Shown: one piece after another, positions 12,735 through 23,404 of the stretch
How the letters are laid out: each line of letters begins with the position of its first letter
Position numbering within the stretch: the stretch's first letter is position 1
Assembly: GCA_902518415.1 (NCBI GenBank)
Contig: CABYGA010000002.1
Location: 6,705 to 70,704 of the forward strand
Direction: 5' to 3'
DNA: 64,000 nt
Source: an uncultured Pelagibacteraceae bacterium
Lineage (GTDB): Bacteria > Pseudomonadota > Alphaproteobacteria > Pelagibacterales > AG-422-B15
Notes under the pieces: model-generated
Seen by the model: only the letters and a program-made list of their open reading frames with translations
Told to the model about the DNA's origin: nothing
Database searches by the model: none
Made by a program: the position numbers and the translations under genes

Positions 12735-13850
12735 ATGTCAAGATTTACAACATATGCGATTAGAGAAATCTCTTCAAGTTTTTTGTTTCTATCATTATTG
12801 CTATCAGGAATACTATGGTTGGGACAAGGTCTGAGACATATTGACTTACTAACTACTAATAATGTCTCAATTGAAACTTATACAACCTATGTAATACTCT
12901 TATTGCCTAAAATAATACTTTTAACATTTCCAATAAGTGTATTTTTAGCAATATTATTTAACTTAAATAGGCTCCGAAACGATAGCGAATTAATTATTCT
13001 TGCTTCATCTGGAAAATCTGAAGAAAATATTTTAATAAAGCCAATAATTTTATTTTCGAGTGCTATATTTGTGATCATTATGACATTTAGTCTGATAATT
13101 ACACCCAATTCATTAAAAGAAATTCGCTATAAGATTATTGAAATCAGATCTGCAGGCTTGCATATATCACTATTAAAAGAAAAAAAATTTATTTCACCAT
13201 CAAGCAATCTAACAATATTTATACAGAAGAAAAAGGGGGATGATATTTACGGTCTTCTAATTCATGACCAAAGTAATGTTAACGTTCCTAAGACATACGT
13301 AGCTGAAAAAGGAAAATTTGTGACAACAAACAGTATTCAATTTATAAAATTGTATAATGGGACTATACAAACATATAATAACGACGAGAATCGAATATCC
13401 GAAGTTGCCTTTGATACTTATGATCTAAATCTTTTACCTTATGGAAAAAAGGAAAATACACATATATATGCAGATGAGTTACCTACAAGTCAAATATTAA
13501 AAAACCTTAAGAATAAAAAACCTATAATTTATTCTGCGTATGAAAAAGAACAGTTCGCTGAATTACATACAAGAATCATAAATCCTTTTTATATATTTTT
13601 CTTTTCATTGCTTCCACTTCTTATGGTTGGGTTTTCAAAGAGACCTGATGATAGCTGGGCATATCCAATAATTACTGTCTCAATGATTGCTTTCTCCGTC
13701 CAAATACTTCAGATAACCGTTTCAAATCTATTGATTGAAAATATAAGCCTTGCACCCTTAAATTATTTACTACCATTTACATTAATAGCAATCGTATTGA
13801 TCTGTCTTAGTTATAATTTTTTATATATATTTAAGAAAAAAAATGTTTAA
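12735..13850 (+). CDS. lptF: LPS export ABC transporter permease LptF
   Basis: YjgP/YjgQ family topology, DSELIILASSG motif, first gene of lptFGD. Confidence 0.85.
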   Translation: MSRFTTYAIREISSSFLFLSLLLSGILWLGQGLRHIDLLTTNNVSIETYTTYVILLLPKIILLTFPISVFLAILFNLNRLRNDSELIILASSGKSEENILIKPIILFSSAIFVIIMTFSLIITPNSLKEIRYKIIEIRSAGLHISLLKEKKFISPSSNLTIFIQKKKGDDIYGLLIHDQSNVNVPKTYVAEKGKFVTTNSIQFIKLYNGTIQTYNNDENRISEVAFDTYDLNLLPYGKKENTHIYADELPTSQILKNLKNKKPIIYSAYEKEQFAELHTRIINPFYIFFFSLLPLLMVGFSKRPDDSWAYPIITVSMIAFSVQILQITVSNLLIENISLAPLNYLLPFTLIAIVLICLSYNFLYIFKKKNV

Positions 13851-14949
13851 TAAAATAAGTTATTATATTTTTAAAAAATTTTTATACTCTTTCCTCATCA
13901 CTTTTCTTATTTTAGGTACTATCTTATTCATTGGTGATTTTGTGGAACAGTTTAGAAAATCAGCAGGAAAAGATGTTCCCATTAATATAATATTTCAATT
14001 AGCGATATTTAATTTTCCTAATCTAATTAATTATACCTTACCAATTACTTCTTTCTTTGCTTCAATTATAGCCTTTTTAATATTAATTAAAAATTCTGAG
14101 TCAATCGTTATTAGCGGTATGGGAATATCAAACTTGAAAACCATTATGCCAGCAATAACTTTATATTTTTTTATTGGATTACTTTTTATGACATTAATTA
14201 ATCCACTAATTTCTATATTTGATGATAGATATTCTGATCTAAAATATGAATATATTGATAAAATAGATAAATTTGTATCTATAACTAAGAATGGTTTATG
14301 GCTGAAGCAGGATAACTTTGAGAATGGATTGAGCAGTGTATTATACGCAAAAGAAACAAAAGATCAGGGCAATACCTTATATAGTTTTATGCTACTTGAG
14401 TATGATGATAAGGGTGCATTTAGTGGAAGAATTGATGGTAAGCAAGCTAGACTCAATAATGGATATTGGGAAATGTTTGAAGTTCAGATTACTCCTAAAT
14501 ACGGAGAATCCAGTTATCAGAGCTTCTATGAATATACTACAAATATTAAATCTGAAGATATTTATGATAGTCTCTCGTCACCTTCTAGTATATCGATCTG
14601 GCGACTATTAACATTTATTAATTTTTTAGAAGATCTAGGATATTCAGCTGTTGACTTTAAAATGCATTTATATTCACTTATTTGCTTACCTTTCTTTATT
14701 TCTGCACTTGTTTTTTTAGCTTTTTCATTAGTGCAAGGTATTAAACCTAATGATAAATTTTCAAAGGTTATTGCTAGTTCATTGATTATGATATTTTTCT
14801 TATATTTTTTGTCTAACTTACTTAATGCTTTAGGTTCTACATCACGTATACATCCTATAATTGCAAATTTTAGTATGCCAATAATAACGTTGTTTATAGC
14901 TTCAATAATAAGTCAATATACAGAATTAAAGAGAAGAAAAATAATATAA
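13843..14949 (+). CDS. lptG: LPS export ABC transporter permease LptG
   Basis: YjgP/YjgQ family, NSESIVISGMGIS, GLWLKQ. Confidence 0.85.
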   Translation: MFNKISYYIFKKFLYSFLITFLILGTILFIGDFVEQFRKSAGKDVPINIIFQLAIFNFPNLINYTLPITSFFASIIAFLILIKNSESIVISGMGISNLKTIMPAITLYFFIGLLFMTLINPLISIFDDRYSDLKYEYIDKIDKFVSITKNGLWLKQDNFENGLSSVLYAKETKDQGNTLYSFMLLEYDDKGAFSGRIDGKQARLNNGYWEMFEVQITPKYGESSYQSFYEYTTNIKSEDIYDSLSSPSSISIWRLLTFINFLEDLGYSAVDFKMHLYSLICLPFFISALVFLAFSLVQGIKPNDKFSKVIASSLIMIFFLYFLSNLLNALGSTSRIHPIIANFSMPIITLFIASIISQYTELKRRKII

Positions 14950-17036
14950 TGCACTCAATAAATAAATTAATAATATTATACATTCCAATTATATCTTTTT
15001 TTGCTTTACTATTCTATTACGGGAAGACATATGCTGAGCAAAAAATAAATATTTACGCTGATGAAATAAAAATTGATAAAATAGGGGAAACGGTCAGTGC
15101 CACAGGTGATGCGGTTGCAATCAATGAGAGTAATGTTCAAATAAAATCAAATGAAATTATATATATTAAGGAAGATGATAAATTATCCGCATTTGGTGAT
15201 GTCATCTTATTAGATGAGGAAGAAAACACTTTTTTTCTTGAAGATCTCTCAGCGCTAAACAATCTTGATGAAATAAGAGGGAACGCAGTTAAAGCTAGGC
15301 TTAAAGATAATTCTAGAATCGTTGGTTCCAATTATTTAAAAAAAGAAGAAATTAGTATTATTGAAAACGCAGAATTTACTCCTTGCAAAGAAAGTAATTA
15401 CTTAATTAAGAATTGCCCCGGGTGGAAGCTTAAATCTAAAAAAATATATCATAATAATAAGACGAAAACGATACATTACGATCATGCTCAGATACAATTA
15501 TTTAATATTCCTGTATTCTATCTACCCTACTTTTCACATCCAGACCCATCGGTGGCAAAAAGATCGGGTTTTTTGATGCCTACAATTCAAACTGATAAGC
15601 AATTGGGCGATACTTTTGCTCTACCATTGTTCATTAATTTAAAAAGTAATTTAGATCTAACTTTTACACCCAATATTCAGTCAGCTAGCAATAACTTTTA
15701 TAACTTAAATTACAGACAACTTAATGATCATATTAATTTAGAGGTAAACTCAAGCATTGATGACAATAATGATAATGGTGGAACAAGTAGTCATTTATTT
15801 GTTGATAGTAAAATTTACAATCCTTATGGAAACTTAAATGCATATTTAAAGACAAGCAATAATGATACATATATGAGGAAAAATAAAATTAATAATCTTA
15901 CTGTGCTTAAATCAGGTATAGATTTTGAGAGGGAAACAAACAATACTTTTTTTTCATTAGAAACAGTTAGCTATAAACACCTAACAGCACAAGATGATCA
16001 ATGGGAATATTTATTTCCAAGTATTAATTACAATATCAAAAATATAAAAAATAATTTTTATGAGGGCAGTATGTCTCTTAATAACAGTATTTCAGTTAGA
16101 AAAAAATTAGACAAATCATACCTTTCAATAGCCTCTTCACAACTTGACTGGAGCAATCAAAAAATTCTTGAAGAGAATGGATTGATTACTGATAATGAAA
16201 TAAACATAAGAGTAGCTTCAATTAGTATTGATGAAAAATCACAAAAAGACTCAAGTAATATTAGGGTATATCCGCAATTAAGTTCAAAAATTTCATATCC
16301 CTTGTTAAAAACTTCATCATCATTTACTCAGATCATTACTCCAATAATTATGCCAATTGTTGCTCCATATAATAATTATACATCTACAAAAACTGTTACA
16401 AATAGCAATTTGTTTTCATCAAACAGGGCTACATCAATAACTGAATGGGAAGATGGTCCAAGAATTAATTATGGTATTGAATGGTATATAAATTTAGAAA
16501 ATGACGCTGATATAAAAACTACTATCGGGCAGAATTATCGTTTTAATAAAAAAAATTCTGATACGGCCAATGAAATATCCAATTACTTTGTCAACTCAAA
16601 TATAACAATGAATTCAAAAAATTACTTAGATACATCAGTTATAATTGATAGAGATGATCTGAAAACTAGTTTTTTAAGTGCAAATTCCTATAATGAGCTT
16701 GGCAATATGGTTATCGCTATGAATTACGATTATTCATCGGGCAAGTATACTACTCCAAGGGAACAAATTGCAATTGGAGGGAAATATAATCTAGAAAATG
16801 ATTTATTTTTGAAATTTACTGGATCTAAAAACCTAGATACAAATAAAAACATTGGCTATCAGTATGGGATTTTGTATGAAAACGATTGTCTTGGTATTGA
16901 CTTTAATTATTATAGGGACTTAACAAAGGATAGGGATATCAAGGAAAGTGACGGTTTCAGCTTTACCATCGTTCTTAAGCCTTTCGGATCAACAAATAAT
17001 TATGGTAAAAACGTCGTTTTTGGACCTAGAATTTAG
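14949..17036 (+). CDS. lptD: LPS-assembly protein LptD
   Basis: FTPC...WKLKS, PVFYLPYFSHPDPSVAKRSGFL, YENDCL. Confidence 0.92.
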   Translation: MHSINKLIILYIPIISFFALLFYYGKTYAEQKINIYADEIKIDKIGETVSATGDAVAINESNVQIKSNEIIYIKEDDKLSAFGDVILLDEEENTFFLEDLSALNNLDEIRGNAVKARLKDNSRIVGSNYLKKEEISIIENAEFTPCKESNYLIKNCPGWKLKSKKIYHNNKTKTIHYDHAQIQLFNIPVFYLPYFSHPDPSVAKRSGFLMPTIQTDKQLGDTFALPLFINLKSNLDLTFTPNIQSASNNFYNLNYRQLNDHINLEVNSSIDDNNDNGGTSSHLFVDSKIYNPYGNLNAYLKTSNNDTYMRKNKINNLTVLKSGIDFERETNNTFFSLETVSYKHLTAQDDQWEYLFPSINYNIKNIKNNFYEGSMSLNNSISVRKKLDKSYLSIASSQLDWSNQKILEENGLITDNEINIRVASISIDEKSQKDSSNIRVYPQLSSKISYPLLKTSSSFTQIITPIIMPIVAPYNNYTSTKTVTNSNLFSSNRATSITEWEDGPRINYGIEWYINLENDADIKTTIGQNYRFNKKNSDTANEISNYFVNSNITMNSKNYLDTSVIIDRDDLKTSFLSANSYNELGNMVIAMNYDYSSGKYTTPREQIAIGGKYNLENDLFLKFTGSKNLDTNKNIGYQYGILYENDCLGIDFNYYRDLTKDRDIKESDGFSFTIVLKPFGSTNNYGKNVVFGPRI

Positions 17037-17044
17037 TTTTTTAT

Positions 17045-17656
17045 ATGAGTAAAAAAATTCAAATACTTCTTATAGTTCTATTTATATCACCTTTAAGCTT
17101 CAATACTCATGCTCTTAATTTCAGTGATCATGAAATAATAGTTCTTGTAAATGACAAAATAATTACATCATACGATATTTTACAAAGAATGAAGATGAAT
17201 GCGATACTTTCTAGAAATGATATAACAATTGAAAATAATGAACAAATACGAAATTTATCTGTAAATGAATTGATTCAAGAGAAACTTAAAAATGAAAAAA
17301 TAAGTGAATTTGATGTATTGGTTAGCAATGAAGAATACCTTCGCCAAGAAAATCAGTTTTATAAGAATTCAGTATATGAACAAGAAGATTTGATTAACAT
17401 TTTTGAATTGAATGACATAAAATATAATGAATTTAAGAATTTTTTAATAAATCAAATATCTTGGCAGAAGTTAATTTCTAGGATGTATTACAGAATGACA
17501 TCTGCCAGTGATATAGAAATTGCTGAGATTGTTGTAAATAATCCAAGTATCACAGAAAATGAAGCTAGAAACATTATTATTGATCGACAATTAGAACTTA
17601 AAAGCAGCAAAATGATTAGAGATATGCTTGATGAAGCGACCATTGAATACAAGTAA
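17045..17656 (+). CDS. surA: SurA N-terminal-domain chaperone without a parvulin domain
   Basis: IIVLVNDKIITSYDI, ELIQEKLK, C-terminal IRDMLDEATIEYK; follows lptD. Confidence 0.75.
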   Translation: MSKKIQILLIVLFISPLSFNTHALNFSDHEIIVLVNDKIITSYDILQRMKMNAILSRNDITIENNEQIRNLSVNELIQEKLKNEKISEFDVLVSNEEYLRQENQFYKNSVYEQEDLINIFELNDIKYNEFKNFLINQISWQKLISRMYYRMTSASDIEIAEIVVNNPSITENEARNIIIDRQLELKSSKMIRDMLDEATIEYK

Positions 17657-18422
17657 AACCTTTCCTAAGAAATCTCTAGGTCAAAATTTTATTCATGATA
17701 AAAATTTTATTTTGAAATTAAACTCATTAATTACGAGCAACTCTTTTACACATATCTTTGAAATTGGACCTGGCTTAGGGGCTTTAACTGAATATTTAGC
17801 AAGGAAAGATTTTAAGAAATTATTTTTAATCGAGAAAGACGACAAATTATACAAAAAATTAAAAGTAAGATTTATTGATAATAAAAATATATTACCTGTC
17901 AATTGTGATGCACTTCAATACGATTATGAGCGTTATAGTGGAAACTATAAAGCTTTAATTGTTGGAAATCTTCCATTTAATGTTTCATCTCAACTTCTTA
18001 TGAGATGGATCGTTGACTATGAATGGCCACCCTTTTATAGCAAGATGATATTAATGTTTCAAAAAGAAGTTGCAGAGCGTATTTTGGCATCTCATAACCA
18101 AAAAATCTATGGTAGGATTTCCGTTATAACTCAAGCTCGCTGTAAAGTGAAAAAGCTTTTATACGCTCCAGCAAATATTTTTTTTCCTAAACCAAAAGTT
18201 GATGGGGTTATACTTGAATTTACTCCAATGAATAAATATGTAAATGTCAATATCTCAAATTTACAAAAGATAGTGAGGCAGTCTTTTGAGCAGAGAAGAA
18301 AAAAGATTAAAACAAGTTTAAAGGACTATAATCATCTTCTACGAAAATATAAAATTGACGACGATTTGAGAGCTGAAAACTTATCAGTAGATGATTATTG
18401 CAAATTAGCATCAGGAATTTGA
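17631..18422 (+). CDS. rsmA: 16S rRNA m6,2A dimethyltransferase KsgA
   Basis: KKSLGQNF, EIGPGLG, GNLPFN, MFQKEVAERI, FFPKPKVD. Confidence 0.95.
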   Translation: MKRPLNTSKTFPKKSLGQNFIHDKNFILKLNSLITSNSFTHIFEIGPGLGALTEYLARKDFKKLFLIEKDDKLYKKLKVRFIDNKNILPVNCDALQYDYERYSGNYKALIVGNLPFNVSSQLLMRWIVDYEWPPFYSKMILMFQKEVAERILASHNQKIYGRISVITQARCKVKKLLYAPANIFFPKPKVDGVILEFTPMNKYVNVNISNLQKIVRQSFEQRRKKIKTSLKDYNHLLRKYKIDDDLRAENLSVDDYCKLASGI

Positions 18423-19010
18423 CTTATTTCGAGCTACGTTTATAATTTTTTTTATTTCTGATACACATTTCTCAAAATCACTATTTTCTATAATATATTC
18501 ATACTCATCCATATGGCTCATCTCCGTTTCATACATGCTCATTCTATCATTAATTGCTTGTTCATTGTCTCCAGATTTTTTTGCCCTTAATTTTAATCTT
18601 TCGTAAATAGCATCTTTAGAAGGTGGGATAATGAATATTGTCAATATGTTGGGATAATTTGAATTTTTCAGCTGCAGTGCTCCTTGCCAATCTATATCAA
18701 ATAGAACATCAAATCCATTTTCTAAAGCGCTGGTTACATCTTTTTCAAGTGATCCATAATAATTTCCAAAAACATTTGCATACTCGATATATTCATTATT
18801 CTTAATTCTGCGCTCAAATTCATTTTTTTCGATAAAATTATAGTCTGTGCCATTAGTTTCATTATCTCTGGGAGATCTTGTGGTGTCTGAAATAGATATA
18901 TTTAACTGAGGATCATCATGTAATAATTGTTTGCATATAGATGATTTTCCAGCTCCAGAAGGCGATGATATCACAATAATTAATTTTTTTGATTTAAAAC
19001 TATTTGCCAT
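18411..19010 (-). CDS. gmk: Guanylate kinase
   Basis: SSPSGAGKS, TTRSPRDNE, DIDWQG. Confidence 0.96.
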   Translation of the reverse strand: MANSFKSKKLIIVISSPSGAGKSSICKQLLHDDPQLNISISDTTRSPRDNETNGTDYNFIEKNEFERRIKNNEYIEYANVFGNYYGSLEKDVTSALENGFDVLFDIDWQGALQLKNSNYPNILTIFIIPPSKDAIYERLKLRAKKSGDNEQAINDRMSMYETEMSHMDEYEYIIENSDFEKCVSEIKKIINVARNKSNS

Positions 19011-20262
19011 CAAACTTAGAAAATATCAATGAAACATTTGTTCCACCAAAACCAAATGAATTTGATATTATATTGATGAGATTCATTTTTAGGGGTTTAG
19101 ATTTAATAAAGTTTATGTTTTTCGTTTCCAACTCGTTTTCTAGGTTTAAATTTATTGGCACGATATTATTTTCTAAACACATGGCAGAAAAAATTGCCTC
19201 AACAGCTCCAGCGGCTCCCAACAAATGACCTATTTGAGATTTTGTTGATGATACGCACACTTTTTCAGAGTTTTCTATAAATAACTTATCAATAGCTAAT
19301 GCTTCAGCTTTATCTCCTGCCGGAGTTGAAGTGCCATGAGCATTTATGTATTGAATTTCATTTGGATGAAGTCTGGCGTCCTCAATTGAGTTGTTCATAG
19401 CCCTGTAAGCTCCATCCCCTGAACTATCTGGCAATGTATAATGGTATGCATCTGACGACATTCCATAGCCCTTAATTTCACACAGTATTTTTGCATTACG
19501 TTTAAGCGCATGGCTTAGTTCCTCAAGGATAAGAACTGCACCACCTTCTCCCATAACAAAACCATCCCTCTCTTCGTCAAAAGGTCTCGAAGATTTTGAA
19601 GGGCTATCATTAAATTTTGTACTTAATGCTCTACAAGCTGCAAAGCCCTCTATTCCTATAGGGCTTATAGTCGCTTCTGATCCACCAGTCATCATGACGT
19701 CAACCTGTCCATGCTGTATTAGGCGATAAGATTCACCAATTGCATGAGCGGAAGAAGCACAAGCAGAAACTGTTGAGTAATTTGGTCCTTTAAGATTATA
19801 TTTTATTGATAAGTAGCCAGCTGGCATATTAATTATCCTGCCAGTTATAAAAAAAGGACTGATTTTTTTTCCATTTGCATAATCAATGGATGTCTGTTCA
19901 ATTCCTGGCAACCCCCCCATGCCTGAGCCAATAATACAGCCTGCTCGAAAGGATTGTGGATCATTGATGGCGCCTAAATTACTTTCTTGAAAAGCTTCCT
20001 CACCGGCAGCCATTGCGTATTTAATAAAATCATCAATTTTTTTTATTTCTTTTTTCTCAATCCAGTCTTCTGAATTAAAAGTTCCATTTTCTCCATTGCC
20101 GATCGGTACTTCACATGCAACTTGGCATTTGTATTTCGTGGAATCAAATTTTGTAATCTTAGAAGCACCAGATTTGGCAGAGATTAAGCTATTCCAGTTT
20201 TGTGACTTTCCGCAACCAAAGGGGGTCACTAGTCCCATTCCGGTAACTACAACTCTTTTCAT
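19000..20262 (-). CDS. fabF: 3-oxoacyl-ACP synthase II
   Basis: KRVVVTGMG, SACASSAHAIG, INAHGTST, GHLLGAAG, NSFGFGGTN. Confidence 0.96.
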   Translation of the reverse strand: MKRVVVTGMGLVTPFGCGKSQNWNSLISAKSGASKITKFDSTKYKCQVACEVPIGNGENGTFNSEDWIEKKEIKKIDDFIKYAMAAGEEAFQESNLGAINDPQSFRAGCIIGSGMGGLPGIEQTSIDYANGKKISPFFITGRIINMPAGYLSIKYNLKGPNYSTVSACASSAHAIGESYRLIQHGQVDVMMTGGSEATISPIGIEGFAACRALSTKFNDSPSKSSRPFDEERDGFVMGEGGAVLILEELSHALKRNAKILCEIKGYGMSSDAYHYTLPDSSGDGAYRAMNNSIEDARLHPNEIQYINAHGTSTPAGDKAEALAIDKLFIENSEKVCVSSTKSQIGHLLGAAGAVEAIFSAMCLENNIVPINLNLENELETKNINFIKSKPLKMNLINIISNSFGFGGTNVSLIFSKFDGK

Positions 20263-20275
20263 TAAATTGTTTTTA

Positions 20276-20509
20276 TTAGTCTGTTTCTAAGTGAGATATT
20301 GCATCTCCAACAGTTAATATCGTTTCTGCTTTATCATCAGGAATTTCTACATCAAAAGCTTCTTCAAAAGCCATGACTAATTCAACAGTATCCAAACTAT
20401 CTGCCCCTAAATCATCAATAAATTTAGCATCATCAGTGATTTTACTCATATCATCTATCCCTAAATGTTCAGCAATAATTTTTTTAACTTTGTCAGCAAC
20501 TTCACTCAT
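20276..20509 (-). CDS. acpP: Acyl carrier protein
   Basis: [19 protein letters not shown] Shine-Dalgarno upstream. Confidence 0.97.
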   Translation of the reverse strand: MSEVADKVKKIIAEHLGIDDMSKITDDAKFIDDLGADSLDTVELVMAFEEAFDVEIPDDKAETILTVGDAISHLETD

Positions 20510-20556
20510 AAATACTCCTGTTTTAATATATTAACTTTTTTTTAATACGTTCTGCA

Positions 20557-21276
20557 TCACATTGTCAAGCCACCATTAACATGAAGCACTTGCCCTGTAA
20601 TATAGGCTGATTCTTCCGAAGAAAGAAAATAAACTGCAGAGGCAATTTCATCAATTCTTCCCATTCTTCCAAGGGGAATTCTTTCTACCATATTTTGCAA
20701 TGTTTTTTTGTCAATTGTTTCAAGAATTTCAGTATCAACAAATCCTGGTGAAACACAGTTTACTGTTACACCTCTTGAAGCTACTTCATTTGCGAGTGTT
20801 CTTGTAAGGCCTTCAATTGCAGATTTAGAAGCAACATAATTTGCTTGACCTGCATTCCCAATTTTAGCAGCATCTGAAGAAATATTGATAATTCTTCCCC
20901 AGCGACTTTTTATCATGTCCTTTAAAATTTTTTTTGTTAGCTTAAAATTAGAATTTAAATTGACACTAATTACATCGTTCCATTCTTCATCTTTCATTCT
21001 TAAAAAAAGATTGTCTTTGGTAATTCCTGCATTATTAATGAGTATATCAGTTGATCCATAAAACTTATTAGACTGCTGAACTAGATTCTCTATTTGTAAT
21101 GCGTCATTAAGGTTACATGAGATGCATTTAACTTTTCCTTTATAGTTAACCTCAATTTCATTAAGTTTATCAATGTTAGTACCTGTTACGCATATATTGT
21201 AATTGTTTTTATAAAACAATTTTAAGATTGATGACCCTATTCCGCCTGTCGCTCCAGTAATTAAAACATTCTTCAT
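20557..21276 (-). CDS. fabG: 3-oxoacyl-ACP reductase
   Basis: TGATGGIG, NNAGITKD, GQANYVASK, ITGQVLHVNGG. Confidence 0.95.
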   Translation of the reverse strand: MKNVLITGATGGIGSSILKLFYKNNYNICVTGTNIDKLNEIEVNYKGKVKCISCNLNDALQIENLVQQSNKFYGSTDILINNAGITKDNLFLRMKDEEWNDVISVNLNSNFKLTKKILKDMIKSRWGRIINISSDAAKIGNAGQANYVASKSAIEGLTRTLANEVASRGVTVNCVSPGFVDTEILETIDKKTLQNMVERIPLGRMGRIDEIASAVYFLSSEESAYITGQVLHVNGGLTM

Positions 21277-21278
21277 AA

Positions 21279-22211
21279 TTAAATATTATCCAATTTCTCA
21301 AAATCATCTACTTTTGATATTGATATTGATATGATTTCTTTTGACATTCTTTTTACTAAATTCGTCAATACATTCCCAGGCCCAATTTCAATAAACCTTT
21401 CCACTCCATCATTTATCATATTTGTGATTATTTCTCTCCATCTTACTTTTTTTACTATTTGCTCTACTAGAATTTTCTTTATTTCTGTTTCATCACAAGG
21501 CAACGAAGTCACATTTGAATAAAGGGGTACATCAAAGGACTTAAAATTGAATTTATCAATCTCATTTTTCAATGTCACCGAAGCTTTCGTCATAAATTCA
21601 CAATGAAAAGGGGCACTTACAGACAGCTTAATAACTTTTTTCAAGCCAAGTTTTTTTGAATTCTCAACAATATAATCAATTGCTTTCATTTCACCACTTA
21701 TAACTACTTGCCCAACTGCATTATCATTGGCAATAAAAATTTTTCCTTCAGAACTTATATTACTTATGGTAGCGGCAATCCCTTCTTCAGTTCCTCCAAT
21801 AATTGCTGCCATTCCTCCAGTTCCGACTGGCATACTTTCTTGCATGGCTTTGGATCGAATCTTAAGTAATTTTACAGAATCGCTAAAATTAAGAGATTTA
21901 TTGGCAACTAATGCTGAATATTCACCTAGAGAGTGGCCTGCTACACAATGAAAAGAATGTTCATCTATTTTTCCACTTTCTTTTAAAGCAGCAATAATGG
22001 CAACGCTTGTTGCCATTATTGATGGTTGCGAATTTTCCGTCATGGCAAGTTCGTTTTCCTCACCTTTGAATATTAAGTTTGCAAGACTTTTTCCCATTAT
22101 TTTGTCCAGCTGATTATAAATATCGCGAGATGATTGGAAATTAGAATAAAAATCATAACCCATCCCAACGTTTTGTGAGCCCTGTCCTGGAAAAATTAAT
22201 CCTGTTTTCAT
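21279..22211 (-). CDS. fabD: Malonyl-CoA:ACP transacylase
   Basis: FPGQGSQ, GHSLGEY, VSAPFHC. Confidence 0.96.
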   Translation of the reverse strand: MKTGLIFPGQGSQNVGMGYDFYSNFQSSRDIYNQLDKIMGKSLANLIFKGEENELAMTENSQPSIMATSVAIIAALKESGKIDEHSFHCVAGHSLGEYSALVANKSLNFSDSVKLLKIRSKAMQESMPVGTGGMAAIIGGTEEGIAATISNISSEGKIFIANDNAVGQVVISGEMKAIDYIVENSKKLGLKKVIKLSVSAPFHCEFMTKASVTLKNEIDKFNFKSFDVPLYSNVTSLPCDETEIKKILVEQIVKKVRWREIITNMINDGVERFIEIGPGNVLTNLVKRMSKEIISISISKVDDFEKLDNI

Positions 22212-22283
22212 TTAAAAGAATACTTGCTTAATAACTGATTATAGAATATTTATTCGGACTTTAATAATAAATATGACTAATTT

Positions 22284-22610
22284 ATGGCTCTTTTTGAACA
22301 TGTAATAATTCTTAAACAAAGCTTAAGTTCAAACGAACTCGTTACTGAGCTAAAAAATCATTCTGACATGCTTTCTGAGTTAAATGGCAATGTAGTTTAT
22401 CAAGAAAGTTGGGGCATGAGGAATCTTGCATATCCTATAAAAAATAATAAAAAAGCATTTTATGAGTTCATGAATATTGAAATGCCTCAGGAGAATATAG
22501 ACATAATGAATTCTAAACTAAACCTAAATGAAAATGTTATCAGATACTTATCAATAAAAGTTAAATCATTTAGTGAGACACCTACACTAATGATTAAAGA
22601 GAAGGAATAA
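22284..22610 (+). CDS. rpsF: 30S ribosomal protein S6
   Basis: ESWGMRNLAYPIK, VIRYL. Confidence 0.95.
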   Translation: MALFEHVIILKQSLSSNELVTELKNHSDMLSELNGNVVYQESWGMRNLAYPIKNNKKAFYEFMNIEMPQENIDIMNSKLNLNENVIRYLSIKVKSFSETPTLMIKEKE

Positions 22611-22616
22611 CTTATT

Positions 22617-22808
22617 ATGGACCGAAATAAAAATGATTCCTCTTCTTTTGATTATAAAGATCTATCTTCATTAAAAAAATTTATTTCTGAAAAGGGAAAA
22701 ATTACCCCCAGAAGAATAAGTTATATTCCAATAAAGAAACAAAAAGACCTTTCAAATGCAATTAAAAGAGCAAGATATCTAGCACTATTACCATACACGG
22801 GTCGATAA
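22617..22808 (+). CDS. rpsR: 30S ribosomal protein S18 (short, 63 aa)
   Basis: [28 protein letters not shown]. Confidence 0.92.
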   Translation: MDRNKNDSSSFDYKDLSSLKKFISEKGKITPRRISYIPIKKQKDLSNAIKRARYLALLPYTGR

Positions 22809-23254
22809 TGGATATAATACTTTTAGAATCATTAAATAAATTAGGAAAAGCAGGTGAGATAGTCACCGTTAAAGACGGCTTTGCAAAAAACTTTTTGATA
22901 CCTGAGAAAAAAGCAATTATTGCAAATAAAAAAAATAGAGCTGATTTAGAAACTCGTATCACTCAAATAAATTCAAATAATGATAAAAAAATAGTCGAGG
23001 CAAATGAACTTAAACTGAAGTTAGATGGAAAGAAAATTTCAATAGAAATGGAGGCAAACGATGATGGCAGCCTTTATGGTGCAGTTAGCCAGAAATCTGT
23101 AAGTGAAAGTATATTTACTATACATAACATAAAAATTTCACCTGACTCAGTGATTCTAGACTCAATAAAAGAAGTAGGCGAAACTGAAATACAAATAAAT
23201 TTATACGAGAAAATTAAAGCTGATCTCCAACTTGAAATAACAAAAAAAACTTAA
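22808..23254 (+). CDS. rplI: 50S ribosomal protein L9
   Basis: LGKAGEIVTVKDGFAKNFLIP, GSLYGAVS. Confidence 0.95.
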   Translation: MDIILLESLNKLGKAGEIVTVKDGFAKNFLIPEKKAIIANKKNRADLETRITQINSNNDKKIVEANELKLKLDGKKISIEMEANDDGSLYGAVSQKSVSESIFTIHNIKISPDSVILDSIKEVGETEIQINLYEKIKADLQLEITKKT

Positions 23255-23404
23255 TAATAATTCTTTACCATATTTCAAACATTTAAAAGGCCAATATAAT
23301 TCTTTAAATAAAGGCTGAGAATATATTAACAGTATTGAAATCCTGTTAGTATCTTTTATCATTAATATACTGACAATTTTTAGTAATTATTGTTAATTGA
23401 CTTA

